From positions 8,482 through 72,481 of the forward strand of contig CAYVCL010000002.1 of assembly GCA_964450185.1 (NCBI GenBank): DNA of 64,000 bases, given 5' to 3'. The notes beneath the pieces are model-generated. The model worked only from the letters and a program-made list of their open reading frames with translations, was not told the DNA's origin and did not search any database. Of this stretch, positions 57,139 through 64,000 are shown piece after piece; position 1 is the stretch's first letter; each line of letters starts with the position of its first letter. Position numbers and translations under genes: made by a program. Source of the DNA: an uncultured Lachnospiraceae bacterium (GTDB taxonomy: Bacteria; Bacillota; Clostridia; Lachnospirales; Lachnospiraceae).

Positions 57139-58397
57139 CTTTTTTCCTCACTTTCATATACAAATTTTTCATAGAATACTGCACTTTTTCCAGATACAAC
57201 ATATTCTGCTGCAACTCGTTTACTCTCTTCCCGACTAATCGGAGTTCTAGACGTATCAACATTCATTTTCTTCATAATTGCTCCCACTTTTCGTCCATAA
57301 CACGTTTTTCCTGCGTTCTTAAAATACTTTTCCATCTGTTCAAAAATATCCTTGATGGATTCTTTATATACATTACCAAACGAAAGCGGTACTGCTACAC
57401 ATGGAGTAATTTCCCCATCATTATTTACCGAAATATAGCCTGCTCCTGCAGAACACCCAAAACAATAGGCACTTTCAAATTCAGAAAACAGCACAATAAT
57501 TGGCGCACTCTCCTCTTCCAAATATTTTGCTCGCATTTGATTTACCATTTTCTTTGCTTCCACATAATTAAATTTTACCGCCGACCCCTCTATTTTCCCT
57601 TGAGGAATCGGCATAACAACCCTAATTTCCTGCACGCCCAAAGTTTTTACAAATTCAAAATATTCCTCCATGTCTTTCAATGTAAATTCTTCTAAAATGC
57701 AAATAGTAAGAACTGTATATATTCCATTTTTCACAAGTAATTCTACCGCTTGTATGGTTTCACGAAATGCATTTTTGTTATTTCTCGTTTTTATCACAAA
57801 TTCTTCTTTATGAAAATCCAAGCTAATAATGATACGATCCATATTACTGTGTTTTAACATATCACAAAATTCCTGAGTAATATTATGTCCCGTTGTATAA
57901 AGCTGTCCTCTGATTCCATCCGGAATCTTTTCAATCAGCTCATTAATATCTTCTCGCAACATCGGCTCACCACCAGTAATTCCCATTGTAGCTACACCCA
58001 TATCATATGCATCTTTATAGATATCCCAAATAGTTTCTCGCTTTAAATCTTGTCTACAATGCTTTATTCTATAACAATGCCAACAATTACAATGACATCT
58101 TCCCGTAACTACTACGTCCAACTGATATAACTGTCGCTTTTTATCCTGAAATCGTTCTAGCGATTCTAATAAACGCTCCCATGCCTTTGATGGAAATGCC
58201 GGAAAAAAACTATTTAAAAAATATTCTCCTGTTCTTTGGTTATAAATCAGTTTTTCATTTCTGCTTTCCCAAAAATTTGCGATTGCATTTGTCATTTTAT
58301 TTTTTGAACTGTTAAGAATTATCTCTCTAATTTCTGTAGCATCTACAATTTTTCTAAATTCCGACATTCTTTTGTTTCCCTTCATTTCCGCTTTCAC
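57135..58397 (-). CDS. Radical SAM enzyme with a C-terminal twitch/partial-SPASM-like Cys motif
   Basis: CX3CX2C (GRCHCNCWHCY), GGEPML, and a C-terminal CFGCSAGAGYISVNNDGEITPC … CYG segment. There is an N-terminal extension of about 95 aa of unknown type. The start is ambiguous (GTG 58397, ATG 58385 or ATG 58367). Confidence 0.8.
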   Translation of the reverse strand: MKAEMKGNKRMSEFRKIVDATEIREIILNSSKNKMTNAIANFWESRNEKLIYNQRTGEYFLNSFFPAFPSKAWERLLESLERFQDKKRQLYQLDVVVTGRCHCNCWHCYRIKHCRQDLKRETIWDIYKDAYDMGVATMGITGGEPMLREDINELIEKIPDGIRGQLYTTGHNITQEFCDMLKHSNMDRIIISLDFHKEEFVIKTRNNKNAFRETIQAVELLVKNGIYTVLTICILEEFTLKDMEEYFEFVKTLGVQEIRVVMPIPQGKIEGSAVKFNYVEAKKMVNQMRAKYLEEESAPIIVLFSEFESAYCFGCSAGAGYISVNNDGEITPCVAVPLSFGNVYKESIKDIFEQMEKYFKNAGKTCYGRKVGAIMKKMNVDTSRTPISREESKRVAAEYVVSGKSAVFYEKFVYESEEKR

Positions 58398-58401
58398 AAT
58401 G

Positions 58402-58656
58402 CTAACAATTTTCTTCTTTCACTTGTGACATTTTTTCCTTAACTCGTGCTTTTAAATCCCCTACGGTCACAAACTCTGTAATATCAGCATCATCAAAATT
58501 AATATTTAATCTTTCTTCCAACTCCATGATTAAGTCTACATAATCTAAAGAATCCAAACCTAACTCTTCTGCAATTTTTGTTTCATCTGTAATTTCTTTA
58601 GCCTCTCTATCTATATAAGGCAACACTAATTCAATAAATAATTTATCTAATTCCAT
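58402..58656 (-). CDS. Stand-alone acyl/peptidyl carrier protein
   Basis: 84-aa acidic protein with the phosphopantetheine attachment site ELGLDSLDYVDLIMELE. GGAGGAAG RBS. First gene of the NRPS operon. Confidence 0.85.
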   Translation of the reverse strand: MELDKLFIELVLPYIDREAKEITDETKIAEELGLDSLDYVDLIMELEERLNINFDDADITEFVTVGDLKARVKEKMSQVKEENC

Positions 58657-58760
58657 TTTCTTCCTCCATCTTCTTATGTTCTAACATATAGAATTTCGAT
58701 ATGTTAGTTATGTATTCCTCTGGTTAGTCTTATCCTTTTATCGTTAGAATCAACTAACAA

Positions 58761-58789
58761 ATATTAGCACACAATAACCACTGCGTCAA
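58761..58789 (-). promoter_or_regulatory. Sigma-A-type promoter of the NRPS operon
   Basis: On the minus strand: TTGACG (58784-58789), a 17-nt spacer, then TGcTAATAT (extended -10; TAATAT at 58761-58766). It predicts a leader of about 95-100 nt. Confidence 0.65.
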
Positions 58790-58866
58790 GTATGGCTTTA
58801 TTTTCCATTCAACGAAACCTTCTTTCTACTACTTACTTCTATTCCAAAAGTAGTTCTGCATTTTTC

Positions 58867-58917
58867 AAAAAAATAGGGTGTTTTAAAAGTCATATTCTAA
58901 CTTTTAAAACACCCTAT
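58867..58917 (-). terminator. Rho-independent terminator of the OPT / PqqD-like operon
   Basis: 18-bp perfect stem ATAGGGTGTTTTAAAAGT (58873-58890) / ACTTTTAAAACACCCTAT (58900-58917). On the minus strand it is followed by a T-run (A-run 58867-58872). Confidence 0.88.
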
Positions 58918-58920
58918 TCG

Positions 58921-59295
58921 CTATTCCTTCCATCGAAGAAATGAATAACTATCTAATATCTGAAAATATTTCGCCAAACGCTCATACAAAGGCTCCGCTT
59001 TATCTCCGAAATGTTCTTTCACCAATACTCCTAATACAACGATATCTTTTTCGCCATCCAAAAGAGGCCATATAAAACTCCCCATCTCGTCTAAATGGAT
59101 ATGACTGATTTTTGGTCTGTGAAAAAGTATCTGTGCAAGTTTGTTAAACATCCCTTTATTTTCAATATCCAGAATAACCATTCCATTTTCATCCACAGAC
59201 CATGAAATTTCCTCCGGTCGCATAGGACGACGCTCCAAATAATTTTCTTTGCTTTTATTTTCTCTCTTCATATTTCCTATTTTCTCTTTTTCCAT
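58921..59295 (-). CDS. PqqD-family (RRE-like) small protein
   Basis: The C-terminal 70 aa (LDEMGSFIWPLLDGEKDIVVLGVLVKEHFGDKAEPLYERLAKYFQILDSYSFL) match the PqqD pattern (…g..iW.llDG..t…l…y…v..d…fl..L…g.l). The ATG at 59295 overlaps the OPT gene by 19 nt. Alternative starts are ATG 59271 and ATG 59223. Confidence 0.6.
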   Translation of the reverse strand: MEKEKIGNMKRENKSKENYLERRPMRPEEISWSVDENGMVILDIENKGMFNKLAQILFHRPKISHIHLDEMGSFIWPLLDGEKDIVVLGVLVKEHFGDKAEPLYERLAKYFQILDSYSFLRWKE

Positions 59296-61181
59296 ACCGA
59301 AAATTTAAGTAATGATAAGATTACTAAAGCAAAGACAATCAGGCTACCTATCGCACCAAGCATTTCAGAGCCATTCAAATATCCGGACAAATCAATTGCT
59401 TTATCTGCTCCAAAGATTGCCAATATTGCTAAAACAATTCCAACCAGTCCTTCTCCGGCAATCATACCGGAACAGTATAAAATGCCATCATTGACAATTT
59501 CTTTCTTTTCTTCTTCCTTTCGTTTCATCTTATCAAAAGCAAGACGTACCAGTCCCCCTGCCATAATGCAGGCATTTAACTGCACCGGCAAGTAAACACC
59601 AATGGCAAACGGAAGCACCGGAATTCCCAAAATCTCAATTACAATGGCAATAAATACGCCAATAAATACCAGACCCCACGGAAGATTACTTTCCATAACA
59701 CCTTCAATAATCATTTTCATTAAAGTTGCCTGTGGAGCTGCAAGCTGTTCAGAGCCGAATCCCCACGCCTGATCTAATAAGTATAAGGTTGCCCCAATCG
59801 CAAGAGCTGCCGCCACAACACCAATCAATTCACCAATCTGCTGCTTTTTCGGTGTAGCGCCTAATAAATAACCTGTCTTTAAATCCTGTGAAGTATCACC
59901 GGCAATCGCCGCCACGATACAAATAATGGAACCAATGGCAATGGCTCCCTGCATCCCATGAATACCACCATCGCCTGTCACTTTTAAAATAACAGTAGCA
60001 ATCAAAAGTGTTGCAATCGCCATGCCGGATACCGGATTGTTACTGCTTCCCACAAGACCTACCATACGAGATGATACTGTTGCAAAAAAGAAACCAAACA
60101 CTACCACGATAGCAGCCCCCAAAGGACTTACCGGAATTACAGGAACCAGCCAGATTAAAACCGTAATTACAACAATACTTGTAATTACAACACCCATTCC
60201 CAAATCTTTGGAGGTACGGGTAATTTCTCCACCGGATGCCCCTTTCATGCTCTTGATTGCATCTTTAAATGTTCGCACAATAAGAGGCAGGGACTTGATT
60301 AAACTGATAATCCCACCGGCTGCCAAAGCACCGGCACCAATATAGCGAATGTAGGAACTCCATATTGCAGAAGCTCCACCCGCTGCAAACATCTCACCAA
60401 TCGGTTCTGTTCCCGGATACAGCACAAGCTGTTCTCCGAATAATACAATCATCGGGATGAGAACCAACCAACTGAGAATACCTCCTGCAAACATATAAGA
60501 AGCAATTCGTGGACCACAAATATATCCCACACTCATTACCGCAGGATAAATCTGTGTTCCAATTTCACCGTGATAATTTTTAATTTTAAGGGAAACTTCA
60601 CTTGGAACAACCTTTAATCCGTCAATAACAAATTTAAACAATGCAGAAAAGCCCATTCCTGCAAATACTGTTGTCGCATTTGCTCCGCCTTCTTCTCCTG
60701 CTAAAAGCACTTCCGCACAGGCACTGCCTTCCGGATATGGTAAAATTCCATGTTCCTTTACAATCAGTGCATTTCTCAGGGGAACCATAAAAATCACCCC
60801 TAACAAACCACCTAACAATGCAATTAATGTAATCTCCAGAATACTTGGCTTATCCATTCTTCCTTCTGCTGCCCATAAAAATAGTGCAGGAAGAGTAAAT
60901 ATCGCACCCGCTGCCAAAGATTCCCCGGCAGAGCCAACTGTCTGTACAATATTACTTTCCAAAATAGAATTTTTACGCATAACTACGCGAATAACACCCA
61001 TTGCAATTACCGCAGCCGGAATGGATGCAGAAACTGTCATACCTACTCTAAGCCCTAAGTAGGCATTGGCAGCCCCAAACACTACCGCAAGAAAAATCCC
61101 CATAATAATTGACGTTATTGTCAATTCAGGTGTAATTTTCTCTGCGGGAATGTAGGGTTTGAATTCTTTTTTCTCATTCAT
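59277..61181 (-). CDS. OPT-family oligopeptide transporter
   Basis: 634-aa polytopic, Gly/Ala-rich protein with about 16 TM segments, and the size and N-terminal pattern (YIPAEKITPELTITSIIMGI) typical of bacterial OPT proteins. Confidence 0.75.
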   Translation of the reverse strand: MNEKKEFKPYIPAEKITPELTITSIIMGIFLAVVFGAANAYLGLRVGMTVSASIPAAVIAMGVIRVVMRKNSILESNIVQTVGSAGESLAAGAIFTLPALFLWAAEGRMDKPSILEITLIALLGGLLGVIFMVPLRNALIVKEHGILPYPEGSACAEVLLAGEEGGANATTVFAGMGFSALFKFVIDGLKVVPSEVSLKIKNYHGEIGTQIYPAVMSVGYICGPRIASYMFAGGILSWLVLIPMIVLFGEQLVLYPGTEPIGEMFAAGGASAIWSSYIRYIGAGALAAGGIISLIKSLPLIVRTFKDAIKSMKGASGGEITRTSKDLGMGVVITSIVVITVLIWLVPVIPVSPLGAAIVVVFGFFFATVSSRMVGLVGSSNNPVSGMAIATLLIATVILKVTGDGGIHGMQGAIAIGSIICIVAAIAGDTSQDLKTGYLLGATPKKQQIGELIGVVAAALAIGATLYLLDQAWGFGSEQLAAPQATLMKMIIEGVMESNLPWGLVFIGVFIAIVIEILGIPVLPFAIGVYLPVQLNACIMAGGLVRLAFDKMKRKEEEKKEIVNDGILYCSGMIAGEGLVGIVLAILAIFGADKAIDLSGYLNGSEMLGAIGSLIVFALVILSLLKFSVWKKRK

Positions 61182-61288
61182 ATACCTTCTCCTTCATTCT
61201 ATATTTCTAGTCCCTCACATTTTATCGAAAGTCCTCCTCATATGCAAGCAATAATCATGCAATACCATGTATTTCCAGTCTGTTTTAA

Positions 61289-62659
61289 TTATTTACGAAA
61301 GAAGTTGTAAATTCCAACTGCAAACACCGCAAAAATAATAACCGGAAGCACATAAGTCATATACCCTCTTAACCAATCACCGATTTTCAGCCCTTTTCCG
61401 GTATTCGCTTCCTTCTTAAAGTTATCCCAGCCCCAACCTTTTTTACTGACACAGAACAGCAAAAATGTAAGTGAACCAAGAGGAAGAATCAGATTACTCA
61501 CAATAAAATCCTCTAAATCCATAATATTGCTATTTCCTCCAAAAGGCTTTATCCAACTGAGAACATTATAGCCTAAAATACACGGCAGGGATAAAAACGG
61601 CATTAAAATACCATTTATCAGGCAAGCTTTCTTTCTACTCCATCCAAATAAATCAATCGAGCAGGCAATAATTCCTTCGAATACCGCGAGCACGGTAGAT
61701 ATTGCTGCAAAAAATAAAAATACAAAAAACAAGCTTCCCCAAAATCTTCCCAACGGAATATTATTGAAGATATTTGGCAAGGTAATAAAAATCAGACTTG
61801 GACCACTGTCCACCTCTACACCGTAAGCAAAACATGCCGGGAAAATGATTAATCCAGAGCAAAATGCCACAAAAGTATCAAGAAGTGCCACATTTAATGC
61901 TTCTCCGGCTAAGGTTCTCTCTTTTCCGATATAACTTCCAAAAATCGCCATAGCTCCCATACCCAAACTTAATGTAAAAAATGCCTGATTCATCGCACCA
62001 ACAATTACTTTTCCTACACCGACCTCTTTCATTCGTTCCAAATCAGGTCGAAGATAAAAGGCAAGTCCTTTTTCTCCACCTTCCATAAAAAAGCTGTTAA
62101 TGGCAAGAACCACCATAATGGCAAGCAATGCCAACATCATCACTTTTGTAATCTTTTCCAATCCATTTTGAAGTCCAACGGAGTTGACCAAAAAACCTAC
62201 TATAATGACAATCAGCACATAGATAGTCACTGTTTTTGCATCCAACATAAAATTATCAAAATATGCCTCGATTCCTTTTGCATCCAAGCCTTCGAATTTT
62301 CCACCTGCCGTTGCCACAAAATAATGTAGCATCCATCCTGCAACACTAGTGTAAAACATCATAAGAAGATAGTTCCCAATCACTGCTGCATATCCATGAA
62401 TATGCCATTTACTTCCCTTGCGTTCCAACTGCTGATACAATTTTGCCGGACTTTTCTGACTGGCACGTCCCAGTGAAAATTCCACAGTCAAAACCGGTAC
62501 TCCAAGGGCAATCAGGAAGAACAAGTAAATTAATACAAAAATTCCTCCACCATACTCTCCCACCATATAAGGAAACTTCCAGACATTTCCTATTCCAATG
62601 GCACAACCAGCGCTCAGCAAAATAAAGCCAAGCCTGCTTCCTAAACGTTCTCTTTCCAT
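61289..62659 (-). CDS. Neurotransmitter:sodium symporter (NSS/SNF) family transporter
   Basis: 456 aa with the N-terminal NSS signature SRLGFILLSAGCAIGIGNVWKFPYMVGEYGGG. Confidence 0.88.
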   Translation of the reverse strand: MERERLGSRLGFILLSAGCAIGIGNVWKFPYMVGEYGGGIFVLIYLFFLIALGVPVLTVEFSLGRASQKSPAKLYQQLERKGSKWHIHGYAAVIGNYLLMMFYTSVAGWMLHYFVATAGGKFEGLDAKGIEAYFDNFMLDAKTVTIYVLIVIIVGFLVNSVGLQNGLEKITKVMMLALLAIMVVLAINSFFMEGGEKGLAFYLRPDLERMKEVGVGKVIVGAMNQAFFTLSLGMGAMAIFGSYIGKERTLAGEALNVALLDTFVAFCSGLIIFPACFAYGVEVDSGPSLIFITLPNIFNNIPLGRFWGSLFFVFLFFAAISTVLAVFEGIIACSIDLFGWSRKKACLINGILMPFLSLPCILGYNVLSWIKPFGGNSNIMDLEDFIVSNLILPLGSLTFLLFCVSKKGWGWDNFKKEANTGKGLKIGDWLRGYMTYVLPVIIFAVFAVGIYNFFRK

Positions 62660-62777
62660 TTTGTTCTCCTTTTTCTACTGCATCTTTTCATATAAATAGC
62701 TCTTTTGTCTTAAAAAGCACTATCCGTAGGATACCATAAAATCAAGCAAAACACAACTTAACACCTTTTTCTTTCTA

Positions 62778-63359
62778 ATGCATATTATAATACTAAACAT
62801 GAAATCAGGTATTTTTATGATAAACAGTATCTTTGCTCCAAATGCCGTTATTGAAAATATCACTTCTGACCGAAATGCAAGACTTGTGACAATTTCTTAT
62901 CGTAATTGTCCTAACTGCCCTAATCAACAGGTGGTTTTAGTTGTTGACAGAAATACACTAATCCAAAATGAGCGTGGTGACATCATTCCTTTTCGGGAGT
63001 TAGCTGTAGGCATGATAGTGAATGCCTCCTTCTCCTCTGCTATGACAAGAAGTATTCCCCCACAGGCTCAGGCTTTCCGAATCCGCATAGTACGTCGAAT
63101 GCCCGCCTATGAAACAACGACCGGACGAATTATTGAAGTAAATTCCAGAAACCGTTTCATTACCACCATGAGTCATGCCAATCCTTCTTCCATCATCCGT
63201 TTCAATATATCAGACGATACAGTTATTCTAAATCAACGGGGCAGAGCCATTCCTTTTTCCAGACTTATGCCCGGATTAAGGGTAAGTATACAGCATGCCA
63301 ACTTTATGACTGTCAGTATTCCACCGCAAACCACCGCTTTTGTGATACAACTGTTATAA
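62778..63359 (+). CDS. Hypothetical protein made of two tandem homologous domains of about 85 aa
   Basis: Internal repeat: …DRNTLIQNERGDIIPFRELAVGMIVNASFSSAMTRSIPPQAQAFRIRI… versus …DDTVILNQRGRAIPFSRLMPGLRVSIQHANFMTVSIPPQTTAFVIQL…. The start is uncertain (ATG 62778, 62799 or 62817). Confidence 0.5.
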   Translation: MHIIILNMKSGIFMINSIFAPNAVIENITSDRNARLVTISYRNCPNCPNQQVVLVVDRNTLIQNERGDIIPFRELAVGMIVNASFSSAMTRSIPPQAQAFRIRIVRRMPAYETTTGRIIEVNSRNRFITTMSHANPSSIIRFNISDDTVILNQRGRAIPFSRLMPGLRVSIQHANFMTVSIPPQTTAFVIQLL

Positions 63360-63378
63360 AAATGGTTTGCCGCAACTA

Positions 63379-63424
63379 ACTTACGGACTGCTTTCTGCCT
63401 TTCAGGAGAAAACAGTCCGTAAGT
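63379..63424 (+). terminator. Hairpin, possible terminator (weak T-tract)
   Basis: 12-bp perfect stem ACTTACGGACTG (63379-63390) / CAGTCCGTAAGT (63413-63424) with a 22-nt loop. The downstream sequence CGCATTTG is only weakly T-rich. Confidence 0.4.
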
Positions 63425-63429
63425 CGCAT

Positions 63430-63458
63430 TTGACACCTGTATCCTTGCACACTATAAT
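63430..63458 (+). promoter_or_regulatory. Consensus sigma-A promoter
   Basis: TTGACA (63430-63435), a 17-nt spacer, then TATAAT (63453-63458), 60 nt upstream of the ATG at 63519. Confidence 0.7.
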
Positions 63459-63518
63459 ATTTCTTGAACAAAAACAAACGCTTTTTTGTGTTTGCCATTT
63501 TACGTTAAGGAGATATTT

Positions 63519-64000
63519 ATGTCAAATATTATTGAAATAACTGACTTTGAAGCACCCGAACTGGATATATACGCCCGCCTTACAGAGGTACAATTACTAA
63601 ACCGCCACGAACCGGAAAAAGGCATTTTTATTGCAGAAAGCCCAAAGGTAATTGAACGGGCTTTGGATGCAGGATGCGTTCCCGTTTCCTGTCTGGTAGA
63701 GCGAAAACATATCGAAGGACAAGCAAAAGACATCATCGCCCGCTGTGGAGATGTGCCTGTTTACACCGCTGATTTTGAAGTTCTGACACAACTGACCGGT
63801 TTTCAATTAACCCGCGGCATGCTATGTGCTATGCGCCGTCCACCGCTTGCCAGTGTTGAAAACATATGTGCCAACGCACGTCGCATTGCAGTGTTAGAAA
63901 ATGTGATGAATCCTACCAATGTGGGCGCTATTTTCCGTTCTGCCGCTGCACTGAACATTGATGCGGTATTGCTTACCTCTGCCTGCAGTAACCCGCTGTA
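63519..64000 (+). CDS. TrmH/SpoU-family RNA 2'-O-methyltransferase (5' part; runs off the window)
   Basis: Not in the ORF track because it is open-ended. AAGGAG RBS. Translation: MSNIIEITDFEAPELDIYARLTEVQLLNRHEPEKGIFIAESPKVIERALDAG…RIAVLENVMNPTNVGAIFRSAAALNIDAVLL (SpoU motif 1). Confidence 0.8.
   Translation, partial: MSNIIEITDFEAPELDIYARLTEVQLLNRHEPEKGIFIAESPKVIERALDAGCVPVSCLVERKHIEGQAKDIIARCGDVPVYTADFEVLTQLTGFQLTRGMLCAMRRPPLASVENICANARRIAVLENVMNPTNVGAIFRSAAALNIDAVLLTSACSNPL

Noticed and set aside
58764-58808. A 14-aa minus-strand sORF (MENKAILDAVVIVC) between the PqqD-like gene and the ACP/rSAM genes, considered as a possible RiPP precursor for the rSAM/PqqD pair.
   Set aside because: It overlaps the -35/-10 of the predicted operon promoter, so it would lie upstream of the TSS. 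It has only a weak SD, and nothing beyond a C-terminal Cys suggests a precursor. A 10-aa ORF (MQNYFWNRSK) nearby was dismissed likewise.
58867-59295. Co-transcription of the PqqD-like gene with the adjacent radical SAM/NRPS operon, which would make it a classical RRE-rSAM unit.
   Set aside because: An 18-bp perfect-stem terminator with a T-run (58867-58917) and a separate strong promoter (58761-58789) lie between them. The PqqD-like gene belongs to the OPT transcription unit. A functional link remains possible and is listed as a finding.
1-64000. Search for rRNA, tRNA, CRISPR arrays, reverse transcriptase/retron/DGR elements, integrases and self-cleaving ribozyme cores in the intergenic regions.
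   Set aside because: No cloverleaf-compatible segments were found. There are no regularly spaced repeat-spacer arrays; the only phased repeats are the four at 7575-7745. No RT or recombinase motifs appear in any long ORF. No CUGAUGA…GAAA hammerhead core was found in the gaps inspected by eye.

Overview
This is a 64-kb chromosomal window from a low-GC Firmicute; the Clostridia/Lachnospiraceae-like assignment is inferred only from gene content and codon usage. Nearly all genes lie on the minus strand.

(1) 1-10.8 kb is an accessory island. It carries a Type I R-M operon (hsdM-hsdS-hsdR) headed by an ISL3-transposase-derived gene, a divergent control region with phased 20-bp direct repeats, an XRE regulator, a Cys-rich sigma-region-4-like protein, and a SymE-like toxin pair. 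The island abuts a comEC gene whose 3' end looks truncated.

(2) 10.9-40 kb is core genome. It holds comEC, a GerMN lipoprotein, a two-component system, comEA, an orphan solute-binding protein, argC-GNAT-argJ-argB-argD divergent from argG with phased ARG boxes, a DHH phosphoesterase, ktrAB, degV, an M18 aminopeptidase, a GT-C-like membrane protein, an AEC transporter, thyA-folA, yigZ and PBP1A.

(3) 40.2-58.7 kb is an AT-rich, about 18-kb orphan NRPS operon and the most interesting feature. Gene order is free ACP, radical SAM (twitch/SPASM-like), MacB-type ABC exporter, NRPS-A (Cy-A(Cys)-T-E), NRPS-B (C-A-T-Cy-A(Cys)-T-R), TSUP permease and type II thioesterase, with a convergent Sfp-type PPTase. 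It is predicted to make a thiazoline-containing peptide aldehyde. An in-frame TAA splits the E domain.

(4) 58.9-64 kb holds an OPT transporter coupled to a PqqD-like protein, an NSS transporter, an internally duplicated unknown protein and a partial TrmH-family methyltransferase.

No rRNA, tRNA or CRISPR array was seen.
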